Source of the DNA: Bacteroidia bacterium
GTDB lineage: Bacteria > Bacteroidota > Bacteroidia > Flavobacteriales_D > Crocinitomicaceae
NCBI GenBank assembly: GCA_030426825.1
Contig: JAUHXX010000001.1
Location: forward strand, 1 to 53,344
Reading direction: 5' to 3'
DNA length: 53,344 nt
This document shows positions 30,301-40,162 of this stretch, piece by piece. The translations under genes were made by a program, and so were the position numbers. The notes beneath the pieces are model-generated. The model made no database searches. It saw only the letters and a program-made list of their open reading frames with translations, and was not told the DNA's origin. The first letter of the stretch is position 1. Every line of letters begins with the position of its first letter.

Positions 30301-33300
30301 TGCTTTGGCGCTTGTGATGGAACCATAACAGTAACCCCGGCGGGAGGATTTCCACCATATACCGTCAATTGGTTTAACTCAACTACTGGATTATTAATTG
30401 GACAATCAGGAGTAACGGCATCTAATTTATGTCCTGGTGACTTCCACGCTGTGATTACGGATGCCAATGGGTGCAGCTTTACATCAGCAACAACAACAAT
30501 CACCGAACCGGCAGAATTAACGTGGACATTAACAACAAATGACGCTTCATGTTTTGGAGTCTGTGATGGAGACGCCACAATTACACCTCTAGGGGGCACT
30601 CCTGCTTATATTTATGAATGGCTAGATATTACAGGAACACCAATAGTGGGAGGAACGAATCCTATGGTTGCAAACCTTTGTGCTGGAAATTACACAGTAC
30701 AAGTAACCGACCAAAACGGTTGTACATCAGGACAAGAACCAGTGGTTATTAATGAATTTCCTCAAATTACAGGTAACGTCTTCAGTAATGATGCAACTTG
30801 CGGATTAAATGATGGAAATGCAACAGTGTTTGCCAATGGAGGTAATCAACCATTTGTATATCAATGGTATGACAACTTGCTCAATCCATTAGTTGGAGAA
30901 ACCAACAATGTATTATTAAATGCTGCTGCCGGTACTTACTTTGTAGATGTTACAGATCAAAATGGCTGTACAACACAATTTCAAGCCAACATTTCAAATA
31001 TCCCTTCAACAACTCTTACATGGGATGCCGTTAATCACCCAAGTTGTTTTGGAGCGGCTGATGGAAGTTTAGCTATTACAACTACAGCCGTTAGTCCACC
31101 TCTGGTTTATCAATGGAATCCTGGAGGATTAATCGCAGAAGATCCAACCGGATTAACTGCAGGTAATTGGACTCTTCAAATCACGGATGCTTTGGGCTGC
31201 ATTAATTTTTATGACACTACACTTATTGACCCAAGCCCAATTATAGTTACTCCTACCACTACTCCTACAGACTGTGGCCAATGTAATGGTGCGATAACGG
31301 TGGCCGTAAGTGGTGGAACCGGCACATTAAACATTCTTTGGAATACATCCGATACTGGACCTACAATTACAGGATTATGTTCTAGTATTTATGAAGCACA
31401 AGTGACAGATCAAAACGGTTGTCAAGTTACTGAACCAATTGATGTTCCAAATAATGGAGGCCTCACGGAAGATGTAGTAATTCAGGCAATTACATGTGCT
31501 GGGTCTTGTGATGGTCAAGCAACTGTAACAGGGATTGGGGGAACTCCTCCATATACTTACTTATGGCTACATGATAATTCAACAGCACAAACTCAAACAA
31601 ACTTATGTGCTGGATCATATTTCTGCGAGATTACTGACGCCGCAGGTTGTGTGAGATCTATTGAAGTAGAAATGACGGATCCTAATGCTATAGACGCTAC
31701 TGCATTAATTTCTAACCCAGCATGTGGTGTTAATGACGGATCTATTACAGTAAGTTCGAGCAATGGTATTTTACCTCATACTTATCTTTGGAACACATTA
31801 GATGTCACACCGGTAATTTCAAACCTTGGTGCTGGAACTTATACATTAACGATTACAGATGCAGCTGGATGCTCTCAAGACTTTGTGTATGGGCTTAGCA
31901 ATTCAGATGCAGCGATAGCTATGTTAAGCAGTATAGATGTAAACTGTCATGGTGTATGTGATGGACAAGGAGACACGCTTTCTGTAACGGGAGGAACAGG
32001 ACCTTACTCATTTGATTGGTTGGATAATACCGGTTCCTCTACTGGAATATTAACTCCTTTAGCAACGGGATTATGCGCTGGTGATTATATGTTACAAGTT
32101 ACGGATGCATTAGGTTGTATTTCATTTGAAAACATTACCATCAATGAACCGGATACAGTAATACTCAATCCATTGTTCAGTGTTGACCCATCATGTGCTG
32201 GATTATGTGACGGTGAATTAATTGCGAATCCAATTGGCGGAACATTACCGTTTGGATTCCTATGGGACGATCCAGCCGCTCAAAGCACCATTACAGCAAC
32301 AGGACTTTGTGACGGTAATTTTAATGTAGATATTACTGATGCAAACGGTTGTACGTTTACTCAGTCTGGAACTGTAACGGAACCAAGCGCTATTACCGTG
32401 GTTACTGATAGTATAATTGATGCTACATGTTTAAACTCACCAGACGGTGAAATCTATATAACTATTTCAGGCGGAACTCCGGGATATACAACTCAGTGGG
32501 TTTCACAAACACTCACTGATACAATACCTGATGAGGACCCAACTGGGTTGTTGCCAATGGATTATTATTTAACTATAACGGATGCTAACGGCTGTATGGT
32601 CATGGACACCATGTCTGTTGATACCTTGCTAGTTGTTTTAGTAGATGCAGGTTTAGACACTCTTTTATGTTCTGGGTTTGGAACAAGTTTATTTGCTACT
32701 TCAAATGTTGACCCAATGGGCGATTATACTTGGTATGACATCAGCATGACTACCAACTTAAGTGACACAAACGAACTTGTAATCAACCCTGGCAACCCAG
32801 GCGTTACAGATTATATTATTGAAGTCACTTTAAACGGATGCTCTCATTCAGATACAATTTCAGTTACAACAACCTCTCCATTCACTGTAGATGCTGGACC
32901 AGATGTAGACATGTTTGCTACTCAAACCGAATCCATTGGAGGGAATCCAACATCCAATGAAGTCACGCACGTGTATTCATGGACTCCAAGTCTATTCTTA
33001 TCTGATACCACCTCAGCTAATCCAAGTGTGATTCAGCCTACTTCGTCAAATTGGTATTTCGTTACCGCAACAGATACAAACGGGTGTACCAACATAGATT
33101 CTATGTATGTTGAACTGCAACCTGACATAATAATTCCTGATGGTATTTCACCAGACGGAAATGGGCTTAACGATACTTGGATACTCGACTTTATGGAACT
33201 ATATCCGGGTGTAAGCATGGAAATTAATGTTTATAATAGATGGGGAGAGCCGTTGTTCACATCTGACGAAACTTACCAAGATGATTGGGGTGGAACAACA

Positions 33301-33405
33301 AAAGACGGTAAAAAACTTCCAGCAGGGACTTACTATTATACTATAACAATTGATCATGAGGACTTCCCAGATCCGTTTACTGGTCCGATAACAATAATGT
33401 GGTAA
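24352..33405 (+). CDS. Giant SprB-repeat surface adhesin with type B CTD (3017 aa)
   Basis: YWVNGSGNW N-terminal domain; ~31 Cys-rich repeats (CxGxCDG...GG..PY.Y.W...LCAG.Y.V.VTD.NGC); ISPDGNGLNDTW CTD. Start may be 24376. Confidence 0.92.
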   Translation: MTPTKLHTMKKMKSSFLYSVVVLIAFTFITNSSFAADLYWVNGSGNWNDSNHWSTSSGGSTSSAIPGPGDNVHFDLNSFPATNNVITIAQNISINNVKINGAHFFVLDAPNHNLEVKGDFTANTKFHLNADELTFNGNGNHVINTNNCDISATVAFENGTWNLNGHLQTTALKSIYFNGGIIHSNGFSIATESVVANVDPVQLDFTNSYIVGYNSIDLSQASNIGGNAIFFTVDNEVPASKKGGFNNATFQRDQTVNCQFMGSPTGLVVDITTIDYVGGFNVSCDGVCDGEITISAAGTAGPYSYSLNGSPYTSQTVYSGLCGVTYTISVKDSSQEIGVGSGVFVNCNTTENLQPPGPLILDELAPPTDVSCFGVCDADAFTDPFGGQGPYTVTWATSGEVTPFPTFLCAGPNPVEIVDANGCILNTSINIGGPPDITAILSINEPTCNGDCDGEVNIIPGGGNGGPYSYVWTPVPTSGQGTEPGIGFCAGLINVTIGDVAGCTKDTTVTMTEPLVLTAAPTADAPTSCFGSCDGQASANPSGGAGNNTFEWFTCAGVSTGITDENPNTLCAGDYYVVVTDQNGLGCSFQSGCITITEPTEIDATADAYQVSCFGVCDGSVDVDATGGVLPYTYSWVTVPGGTGVGANDTLFGLCPGLYEVIVTDANLCNSTPDTVEILEPAPVTLLLNGTDPTCYDLCDGSVVATPGGGTAPYGFNWIPAPGAGQGTANGTNMCAGTYDVTLTDLNGCNVTEQVILNNPPQYDITTAQTNLQCAGDANGTIDVTVNSGGSGVGYTYTWVPAAPIGDGTPNVSGLTAGVWCVTIQDDQLCDTTLCFTISEPNPLTANASVISHVTCFADCDGSGQVVINGGTAPYVISWAPGGQSSQVASNLCAGNYTVTVTDANLCSVNDNITINQPTQFDLSMSQTDISCFGDCVGDATITVNSGGTPPYVYQWNDPLLQTNPTAINLCAGNYTVTVTDQNLCDTVIAYTIIEPAQIVIDTNVTNSSCFGTCSGEANITLVGGTGAYNFEWFDVATGLPLGVNNDSISGLCPGQYYAQVTDAALCVVNSDTITITELPPINTSIISIGDATCGVCDGTAEVLATGGTGTFTYTWTPVPGTGQGTTTVTGLCAGAYSVAATDQAGCTANIAVNVNSVALEVTTMDSTDITCFGLCDGTATISYNVLDPPYTVTWFDNLTGLPIGIVDNPASQPSTATGLCAGEYLAVLTNQSGCVTSDTIQVNEPPQITGSVTPTPVTCNGACDGSAAAVAAGGTGVLTYTWGPGLPGAGQGTPNASGMCAGNWTVTVTDAQGCTAAFPTTISEPVVLAITSENSTNISCFGANDGTATIIHSGGIPPYNYQWIDCNTGLPIGQTSQMATNLPAGDYQVVVTDANGCNVTSNCLPVIEPSAITANLNASPVNCFGFCDGLIDVVPAGGSAPYFYQWQDEFFVDLPGQTNDTLNNVCQGMYNVVVTDFNGCSMTFGPVDMTSPTDPWNVTTSQTNVTCSGNCDGTAGVIVVAGNNPPYTYQWDDPLAQITPTATFLCPGVYTVTITDASICDTTIQFTIVDANPIIANATINNVQCFGDCTGSVTVAPTGGDGTYTVNWSDLQTGLTASNLCSGAITATITDGGGCFIDTTINITEPPALVANSTFSNNASCGACNGSATVNMGGGVGPYTYDWTPDPAGGDGNNNATGLCPGVVSVLVTDANGCTLTEVFAISDINSEILTMDSIDVSCFGACDGSAIVNYVCSDPGCTNQWYDGATATPIAGETGTTLANQCAGDYYVEVTNASGCVAVGLTTITGPTQIIANENISQITCNGAGDGQIDLFPSGGSGAGYTYVWNPVPPNGQGTSQAIGLGGGIWCVDITDSDGCTENYCYNLTEPTAIVITPTITDPLCNGSCNGIISVSVSGGTGGYNFQWFDGGGAPIGTNNPIIGSLCAGNYSVDVTDAGGCTQTLNVTLTEPNPISTAIASTDVQCFGACDGTITVTPAGGFPPYTVNWFNSTTGLLIGQSGVTASNLCPGDFHAVITDANGCSFTSATTTITEPAELTWTLTTNDASCFGVCDGDATITPLGGTPAYIYEWLDITGTPIVGGTNPMVANLCAGNYTVQVTDQNGCTSGQEPVVINEFPQITGNVFSNDATCGLNDGNATVFANGGNQPFVYQWYDNLLNPLVGETNNVLLNAAAGTYFVDVTDQNGCTTQFQANISNIPSTTLTWDAVNHPSCFGAADGSLAITTTAVSPPLVYQWNPGGLIAEDPTGLTAGNWTLQITDALGCINFYDTTLIDPSPIIVTPTTTPTDCGQCNGAITVAVSGGTGTLNILWNTSDTGPTITGLCSSIYEAQVTDQNGCQVTEPIDVPNNGGLTEDVVIQAITCAGSCDGQATVTGIGGTPPYTYLWLHDNSTAQTQTNLCAGSYFCEITDAAGCVRSIEVEMTDPNAIDATALISNPACGVNDGSITVSSSNGILPHTYLWNTLDVTPVISNLGAGTYTLTITDAAGCSQDFVYGLSNSDAAIAMLSSIDVNCHGVCDGQGDTLSVTGGTGPYSFDWLDNTGSSTGILTPLATGLCAGDYMLQVTDALGCISFENITINEPDTVILNPLFSVDPSCAGLCDGELIANPIGGTLPFGFLWDDPAAQSTITATGLCDGNFNVDITDANGCTFTQSGTVTEPSAITVVTDSIIDATCLNSPDGEIYITISGGTPGYTTQWVSQTLTDTIPDEDPTGLLPMDYYLTITDANGCMVMDTMSVDTLLVVLVDAGLDTLLCSGFGTSLFATSNVDPMGDYTWYDISMTTNLSDTNELVINPGNPGVTDYIIEVTLNGCSHSDTISVTTTSPFTVDAGPDVDMFATQTESIGGNPTSNEVTHVYSWTPSLFLSDTTSANPSVIQPTSSNWYFVTATDTNGCTNIDSMYVELQPDIIIPDGISPDGNGLNDTWILDFMELYPGVSMEINVYNRWGEPLFTSDETYQDDWGGTTKDGKKLPAGTYYYTITIDHEDFPDPFTGPITIMW

Positions 33406-33416
33406 AACGAAATCAG

Positions 33417-34337
33417 ATGAAAAAATTATTAATTATACCTTTTTTGTTCTTTTCGTTTAGCGTTATAGGACAGCAATTACCTCAGTTTACTCAATACATG
33501 TTTAACCAGTACGCCTTTAATCCGGCCTATGCTGGTCTAAACAAATATTGGGAAGCTACAACCGTTAACCGGTATCAATGGTTGGGAGTAACAGATGCAC
33601 CTAGAACATTTACTTTAAGCGCACATGGACCTTTAAAAAATGAAAAAGTAGCCTTAGGAGGATATGTATACACAGATGTTGTCGGTCCAACCAGAAGAAT
33701 TGGTTTCCAAGCATCTTTCACTTATCATTTAAAGCTGACTGAGAATTTGAATATGTCATTTGGACTTTCTGGTGGTTTCAACGAATGGTTATTAGATGCA
33801 GATAAAATCACGACCTATCATCCAAATGATTTTTATTTTTCTAATGGTCTTTTAAAGTCGTTTGAGCCTGACGCTAAATTTGGATTTTATCTTTATCATC
33901 CTGATTGGTATTTTGGGGCCTCAATTGGCCAAATGTTCCATAATAAAGTTTCTTTCCTTGAAACACAAACAAGCTCAGAAAGCTATATGGAAGACCACTT
34001 TTACTTCAACGGTGGATATAAGTTCAGGATTGGAGATGATTGGGGAATTGAACCAACAGCTATGCTTAAAATGGGGTTGCCGGCACCAGTTAAATTCGAT
34101 TTAGGAGTTCGTGGTATTTATAAAGAAACTGTATGGTTAGGTATCGGTTGGAGAAGTAATGATGCCGTAAATGCAATTATCGGTTATAAATACAAAGACA
34201 TGTTAACCATTGGTTATGCCTATGACCTAACTATCACCAAGCTTAAAAACTTCAACACGGGTTCACACGAAATTATGTTGGGTGTTAAATTCGGTAAAAC
34301 TGGTGGCCAAAACACCAACAAACCTTCGTTGGAATAA
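33417..34337 (+). CDS. PorP/SprF family T9SS outer-membrane protein
   Basis: QLPQFTQYMFNQYAFNPAYAG, RYQWLG, GYAYD, GSHEIML. Confidence 0.94.
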   Translation: MKKLLIIPFLFFSFSVIGQQLPQFTQYMFNQYAFNPAYAGLNKYWEATTVNRYQWLGVTDAPRTFTLSAHGPLKNEKVALGGYVYTDVVGPTRRIGFQASFTYHLKLTENLNMSFGLSGGFNEWLLDADKITTYHPNDFYFSNGLLKSFEPDAKFGFYLYHPDWYFGASIGQMFHNKVSFLETQTSSESYMEDHFYFNGGYKFRIGDDWGIEPTAMLKMGLPAPVKFDLGVRGIYKETVWLGIGWRSNDAVNAIIGYKYKDMLTIGYAYDLTITKLKNFNTGSHEIMLGVKFGKTGGQNTNKPSLE

Positions 34338-34377
34338 ATTTGATTATCTTCATGCACCTCTTAAACCTAATGTGCGT

Positions 34378-36831
34378 ATGAAAAAGATCTTTCTTTTTTA
34401 TCTATTTATTGGCCTTGTGTCATTTTGTTCGATAGGACAAGACTTAAAACAAAATATCCGTGGCACTGTCGTTGATGCTGAAAGTAAATATCCCCTTGTT
34501 GGAGCTAAAGTAATCGTCACCTCTGTTGACCCACAAATTGGTGGGATATGTGACGAGAAAGGAAATTTCACCTTGCTAAATGTCCCTATTGGCAAACATC
34601 AAGTAGATATAAAATCTATCGGATATAACCCAAGAAGTTTAACAGTCATTGTAAATGTTGGTAAGGAATCTATTATCAACGTTCAAATGGAAGAATCCGC
34701 CGTTATGGGTGAAACCGTAGTTGTTACTGGCCGTCAGAAAGGTGAGGTCATCAATGAAATGGCAACAGTATCAGCACAAAGTTTTTCGGTTGAAGAAACT
34801 AATCGATATGCTGGAAGTAGAGGTGACCCTGCCAGAATGATGTCAAACTATGCTGGAGCGCAAGGAACTGATGATTCAAGAAATGATCTTGTTATTAGAG
34901 GTAACTCACCATTAGGAATAATTTACCGTGTTGAAGGTGTAAGTATACCTAACCCCAATCATTTCGCTATTGCAGGATCAACAGGGGGGCCGGTATCTAT
35001 TTTAAATAATAAATTTTTAGATAATTCAGACTTTTTTATGAGTGCATTTCCGGCAGAATATGGAAATAGCGTTGCGGGCGTATTTGATTTGAATTTAAGA
35101 AAAGGAAATGATCGATTACATGAGTTTTCTGGGCAATTTGGCTTTCTTGGGACCGAACTATTATTTGAGGGGCCACTATCGAAAAAAACGGGTGCCAGTT
35201 ATCTAGTAATGGGCCGATATTCAACTTTAGCGCTATTTGATAAGGTAGGATTACAATACGGAACGGATGCAACCCCAACGTATGGAGATGCTGCTTTCAA
35301 ATTGAACTTTCCGTTAAAAAAGGGTGGGAATTTATCTCTTTGGAGCATTGCAGGAACCAGTGGTATTGATATCCTAATTTCAGATCAAACAGAACCAGAC
35401 CAAGATGCTTTTGGTGAACAAGATAGAGATCAACTATTTGGAACCGATATGGCCATTGCCGGAATTACTTATAAAAAACCCATCAACAAAAAGACATTTT
35501 TAAAAACAAGTTTGTCTTATGCTTATCAAAAACAATCAACCCAACATTTGTACATTTTACGGACCTTACTTCCAGACAGCACTTGGCAATATGATGCGGA
35601 CCCTTTTGATATGATGGGTTACTCTTATCAGATTCAAACAGGATCAGCCTATTTAAGCCTTAACCACAAATTAAATAAAAAGCACATCATCAAATACGGA
35701 ATAAATCTTGATGCTTATCACATGAATATGCAGGATTCGATTCGTTTTGACATTACAGACTCGAGTTCTAACTTTTTTTACAGATGGGATTACAAATCTA
35801 ACTCACCCGATTTTTTGGCCCAGGCCTTCTTACAATGGAAGTATAAGATCAATCAACGCCTTACATTAAACGCGGGAGTACACGCACAGTATTTTACATT
35901 AAGTAATTCATTATCTGCTGCTGAACCAAGAATTGGGCTCAAAATTGCAACTTCCGATAAAAGCGTTCTTGCTTTAGGAGCTGGAATGCACTCACAACAT
36001 CATCCCTTATATATCTATACCTATCATCAAAATTTAGGAAACCAAAAAATCTATCACAATTTAGATATGGACTTCATTAGAAGTATTCATTCAGTGATAA
36101 GTTACTCCACCAAAATTGGCAAGTCTATGTCATTTAAAACAGAGGCCTATTACCAATATTTATACAATGTTCCTGTAACTGTAGAGCCAAGTTCATTTTC
36201 TATTCTAAACCAGGGAAGTGGCTTTGCCAGATTTTTCCCTGACAGCCTTGAAAACACTGGAACAGGGTATAATTACGGACTCGAATTCACAGTACAGAAA
36301 TTCTTTGATAACAGTTTTTTCTTTATGACTACATTGAGTTTGTATAATTCTAAATACTACGGTAGTGACGGCATCTTGAGAAACACTGATTTTAACGGTA
36401 ATTATATTGCAAACGCCTTAGCCGGAAAAGAATTCAAAATCGGGAAAACAGATAAACACTCCTTATCCCTTGGATTGAAAGTGACCTATGCAGGAGGTAA
36501 GCGAAGAGGAATTGTTGACCCCGTCATGACTGATTCTTTAAAAGAAGTCATTTTCTTAGATTCTGGATATAATGAAGTGCGATTTAAAGATTATTTCCGC
36601 TTAGATGTAAAGGTGAATTATGTGCTGAACGCTAAAAAAACAACACACGAGTTTGGTCTAGACCTTGTGAATATTTTGAATTATGATAATATCCTTGGAT
36701 TAACCTATACACCGAATCAAGACAATCCTATGATGCCATATCAAGAAAGAAATCAGCTTGGATTTCTACCAATTTTCTATTACAAATTAGACTTCAAAGT
36801 TGCAGGAAAAAAAGAACCACCTATCGAATAG
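34378..36831 (+). CDS. TonB-dependent receptor with carboxypeptidase-regulatory-like N-domain
   Basis: IRGTVVDAES, plug RNDLVIRGNSP...IPNPNHF, AFPAEYGN, beta-barrel, YFRLD. Confidence 0.92.
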   Translation: MKKIFLFYLFIGLVSFCSIGQDLKQNIRGTVVDAESKYPLVGAKVIVTSVDPQIGGICDEKGNFTLLNVPIGKHQVDIKSIGYNPRSLTVIVNVGKESIINVQMEESAVMGETVVVTGRQKGEVINEMATVSAQSFSVEETNRYAGSRGDPARMMSNYAGAQGTDDSRNDLVIRGNSPLGIIYRVEGVSIPNPNHFAIAGSTGGPVSILNNKFLDNSDFFMSAFPAEYGNSVAGVFDLNLRKGNDRLHEFSGQFGFLGTELLFEGPLSKKTGASYLVMGRYSTLALFDKVGLQYGTDATPTYGDAAFKLNFPLKKGGNLSLWSIAGTSGIDILISDQTEPDQDAFGEQDRDQLFGTDMAIAGITYKKPINKKTFLKTSLSYAYQKQSTQHLYILRTLLPDSTWQYDADPFDMMGYSYQIQTGSAYLSLNHKLNKKHIIKYGINLDAYHMNMQDSIRFDITDSSSNFFYRWDYKSNSPDFLAQAFLQWKYKINQRLTLNAGVHAQYFTLSNSLSAAEPRIGLKIATSDKSVLALGAGMHSQHHPLYIYTYHQNLGNQKIYHNLDMDFIRSIHSVISYSTKIGKSMSFKTEAYYQYLYNVPVTVEPSSFSILNQGSGFARFFPDSLENTGTGYNYGLEFTVQKFFDNSFFFMTTLSLYNSKYYGSDGILRNTDFNGNYIANALAGKEFKIGKTDKHSLSLGLKVTYAGGKRRGIVDPVMTDSLKEVIFLDSGYNEVRFKDYFRLDVKVNYVLNAKKTTHEFGLDLVNILNYDNILGLTYTPNQDNPMMPYQERNQLGFLPIFYYKLDFKVAGKKEPPIE

Positions 36832-36880
36832 TGTAACCTTGTAAATAATGCTCCGTAAAAACGTTTATAAAACCTATTTT

Positions 36881-37228
36881 ATGAGTACTTGTTTAGAATG
36901 TGAAAAAGATTTTGACGGCAGATCCAACAGAAAGTTTTGCTCTATTTCTTGTAAAAACAAATATCATAACACGCGGAACAAAGAGAAAGAAGCCGCGGTT
37001 TTAGAAATCAATAAGATATTGCATAAAAACTGGGCTACTCTTCACAAGCTATATGAAGTTTACAGAAGCGCTCCTATTTCAATGGATGTTGCCGAAGCAT
37101 ATGGGTATAATAAAAACTATTTTACGCATATTCATAATTCACCAATGGGTGAAAAATACACCATGATTTACGATTTAGGCCTTAAGAACCATATCGACAA
37201 TAAAATTCAAATCATTATGATTGATTAA
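36881..37228 (+). CDS. Zn-finger hypothetical protein
   Basis: CLECEKDFDGRSNRKFCSISCKNKYHN; INKILHKN. Confidence 0.8.
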   Translation: MSTCLECEKDFDGRSNRKFCSISCKNKYHNTRNKEKEAAVLEINKILHKNWATLHKLYEVYRSAPISMDVAEAYGYNKNYFTHIHNSPMGEKYTMIYDLGLKNHIDNKIQIIMID

Positions 37229-37306
37229 GGTTTTGAGCCTTTTTCTGTTTAATACTTCTTCAATTTCTGAATATTAGTCTGAAATTCGCTCCGTATATTT
37301 GTCAGT

Positions 37307-40114
37307 ATGTCAAATAAGAGCCTTTTACTTTTTCTCGCTTCTGCATTTTTTTCATGCTTCTCAAGTTTTGGACAAAAAAAACCCATTGACCATACTGCAT
37401 ATGATGAATGGAAAAGAATTGAAGCTATTCAATTATCTCGTTCTGGAGACTGGGTAAGTTACGAGTCAAACCCATTAGATGGAGATAGTGAATTACATAT
37501 TCAAAAGACTAACCAATCGATTGATCGCGTCTTTATAAGGGGTAAAAAAGCTCAATTCTCAGAATCTAATTCTTATTGTGCTTTTCTATTAAAACCTCAA
37601 CATGACTCACTGAGAAAATTAAAGCTCGACAAAGTCGACAAGAACAAATTACCCAAAGACAGTTTAGTTGTTTATTGGACTGCGAGTGATTCGATTAAAA
37701 AAATCAAGGACATTAGTTCATTCAAAATTGCAGAAAAAGGAAATTGGATGGCCTATTTGCATACCAAAGATCTTAGCCCGGCCTTGGATAAAAAACAACT
37801 CAAAAAGCTAAAAAAGAAAGGACTATCTCCTCCTAAAACCAGTGGTAAAACACTGACACTATTTAATCCAATCACCGGGAAAAAGAAAAAAATTCATGGA
37901 GTAAAAGAGTACGCCTTTAATAGAACAGGCACCTTGATCGCAGTAACACAAAGTAATAAAGGCGAGAAAGACTCATTATCACTAACGGTCTTCAGTTTAA
38001 AAGATGATGAAAAACACACCATTGCTAATCAACAATTTTCTATCATGAAAATGAGTTTTGACTATCAAGGAGATCAACTCCTTTTCTATTCGTCTCAAGA
38101 TACCGGTAAAACGAAAAATTATCAGCTCAGCTATTGGAAAACTACAACAACACTGCCTCAACTATTAGTAGATTCCACAACCTCTGGAATGCCTGATGGC
38201 TGGACCGTGTCACCCAATTCAAGACCTTATTTTTCAAGAGATGGCAAAAAGATCTATTTAGGAATCAATGAAATTAACAGGGAAAAGCCTGAAGACTCCT
38301 TGCTAGTTAATGAAAAAGCCAAAGTGGATATTTGGTCGGGGACTGATTTAAAAATACAACCAGAACAGCTAAAAAACTTAAAGAAAGAGAAGTCTAAAAG
38401 CTACTTGGCTGTTTACCGACTCGACAATAACTCTTTTCATCAATTAGAAAACGATCTAATAGAACGTGTGAGACCGTATAATTTTGGAAATTCCGATTTT
38501 GCCATTGGTTATGATACGAAATCTCATAGTAGAGAAAGAAACTGGGCTTTTCCCTGGAGAACAAATTATCATCTTTACAACCTGAATGACGGCACCCAAA
38601 AATTGTTAAAAGCAGAACTACTTCACGGAGGTTCATTATCTCCTTCTGGCAAGTTTTTTATGTATTATAATGGGTCTGACAGTACCTGGATGGGCGTTAA
38701 CACAAGTGACTTAAGCGAAACCAATGTTTCAGACAATGTTCCGGTTTCATTTTCATCCAGAAATAACGGAATGCCATTTGTTGCATATCCTGAAAGTAGC
38801 TTGGGATGGATGAAAATTAACGGTGAGGAGTTTTTCGTTTGTAAAGATTTTTATGACGTCTGGTGTCTTCATCCAACAAATCCTAACAAAAATTTTTCAT
38901 TGACGAACAGCGAAGGAGCAAAGTCACAAATCCGCTTTACAATTCAACATTTAGAAAGAGACAGCATCTATCTATCTCCAGAAACGATAATAATTAGAGG
39001 CATGGATGACTCAACTAAAAACGAATCCATCTATTCAGTTAGCTTTGAAGGACGTGAAGTTAACCTCAACAAACATATAGAGTCTCCCCATAAGATCATT
39101 TATTTATCAAAAGCACAGAACTCAAATAAAGTGATCATAAGAAGGTCTAGCTTTATTGAATATCCAGAAATAGAATTCACCACCACAAAGTTTAAGCAAC
39201 TCAAAAAATTATCCAACACAAATCCTCAACAAGAAGATTATAATTGGGCCACCGTAGAGTTTGTGGATTGGAATGCTTACGACAGTACTAAACTACGCGG
39301 ATTACTTTACAAACCAGAAGACTTCGACTCTACAAAATCTTACCCTATGATCGTTTATTTTTATGAAGATTATCAGGACAATATTAACTTCTATTATGCT
39401 CCCAAACCAACGGCATCAATAATCTATCCTACGGAATACTGTAGCAACGGATATATCGTGTTTATTCCAGATGTTGCCTACGAACCTGGTCATCCGGCAA
39501 AATCTGCATATAACTGTATCGTTAGCGGAACTGAATATTTAGTGAATAAGTATTCATGGATTGACTCAACAAGACTTGGATTACAGGGGCAAAGTTGGGG
39601 TGGATATCAAACAGCTCAACTCATTACTATGACCAACAAATACAAAGCTGCAATGGCAGGTGCTCCAGTAAGCAACATGTTCTCTGCTTATGGCGGCATT
39701 CGTTGGGGAAGTGGCTTATCTAGAATGTTTCAATATGAGCGAACACAAAGTAGAATTGGATATACCATCTGGGAGCGCCCAGATTTATACATAGAAAACT
39801 CTCCCATATTTGGAATTCCTAACGTTGAAACACCACTTTTAATTATGCACAATGACAAAGATGGAGCGGTGCCATGGTATCAGGGCATAGAAATGTTTAT
39901 GGGTATGAGAAGGTTAGATAAAACGGTGTGGATGTTGAATTACAATGATGATTTTCACAACTTAACGCGACTTGCCAATAAGCGGGATTTAAGTATTAGA
40001 ATGAGACAGTTTTTTGATCACTACTTGTTAGGCAAGCCTATGCCCGACTGGATGAAAAATGGATTACCTGCAACTGAAAAAGAATTTAACAATGGTATTC
40101 AACACGAAAAATAA
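37307..40114 (+). CDS. S9 prolyl-oligopeptidase family peptidase, exported
   Basis: Beta-propeller region, GQSWGGY nucleophile, DGAV, H in DFHN. Confidence 0.94.
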   Translation: MSNKSLLLFLASAFFSCFSSFGQKKPIDHTAYDEWKRIEAIQLSRSGDWVSYESNPLDGDSELHIQKTNQSIDRVFIRGKKAQFSESNSYCAFLLKPQHDSLRKLKLDKVDKNKLPKDSLVVYWTASDSIKKIKDISSFKIAEKGNWMAYLHTKDLSPALDKKQLKKLKKKGLSPPKTSGKTLTLFNPITGKKKKIHGVKEYAFNRTGTLIAVTQSNKGEKDSLSLTVFSLKDDEKHTIANQQFSIMKMSFDYQGDQLLFYSSQDTGKTKNYQLSYWKTTTTLPQLLVDSTTSGMPDGWTVSPNSRPYFSRDGKKIYLGINEINREKPEDSLLVNEKAKVDIWSGTDLKIQPEQLKNLKKEKSKSYLAVYRLDNNSFHQLENDLIERVRPYNFGNSDFAIGYDTKSHSRERNWAFPWRTNYHLYNLNDGTQKLLKAELLHGGSLSPSGKFFMYYNGSDSTWMGVNTSDLSETNVSDNVPVSFSSRNNGMPFVAYPESSLGWMKINGEEFFVCKDFYDVWCLHPTNPNKNFSLTNSEGAKSQIRFTIQHLERDSIYLSPETIIIRGMDDSTKNESIYSVSFEGREVNLNKHIESPHKIIYLSKAQNSNKVIIRRSSFIEYPEIEFTTTKFKQLKKLSNTNPQQEDYNWATVEFVDWNAYDSTKLRGLLYKPEDFDSTKSYPMIVYFYEDYQDNINFYYAPKPTASIIYPTEYCSNGYIVFIPDVAYEPGHPAKSAYNCIVSGTEYLVNKYSWIDSTRLGLQGQSWGGYQTAQLITMTNKYKAAMAGAPVSNMFSAYGGIRWGSGLSRMFQYERTQSRIGYTIWERPDLYIENSPIFGIPNVETPLLIMHNDKDGAVPWYQGIEMFMGMRRLDKTVWMLNYNDDFHNLTRLANKRDLSIRMRQFFDHYLLGKPMPDWMKNGLPATEKEFNNGIQHEK

Positions 40115-40162
40115 CGTGGTTGTTGACTAAATGATCATTTTTTAATACCTTAACAGCATTAA

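Noticed and set aside
24465-33218. Many antisense ORFs and repetitive DNA within the giant gene
   Set aside because: These are shadows of codon bias and protein-level repeats; there is no identical repeat-spacer pattern, so it is not CRISPR.
34282-34377. Extended N-terminus of the TonB receptor
   Set aside because: It overlaps the porP/sprF gene; the signal peptide starts at ATG 34378.
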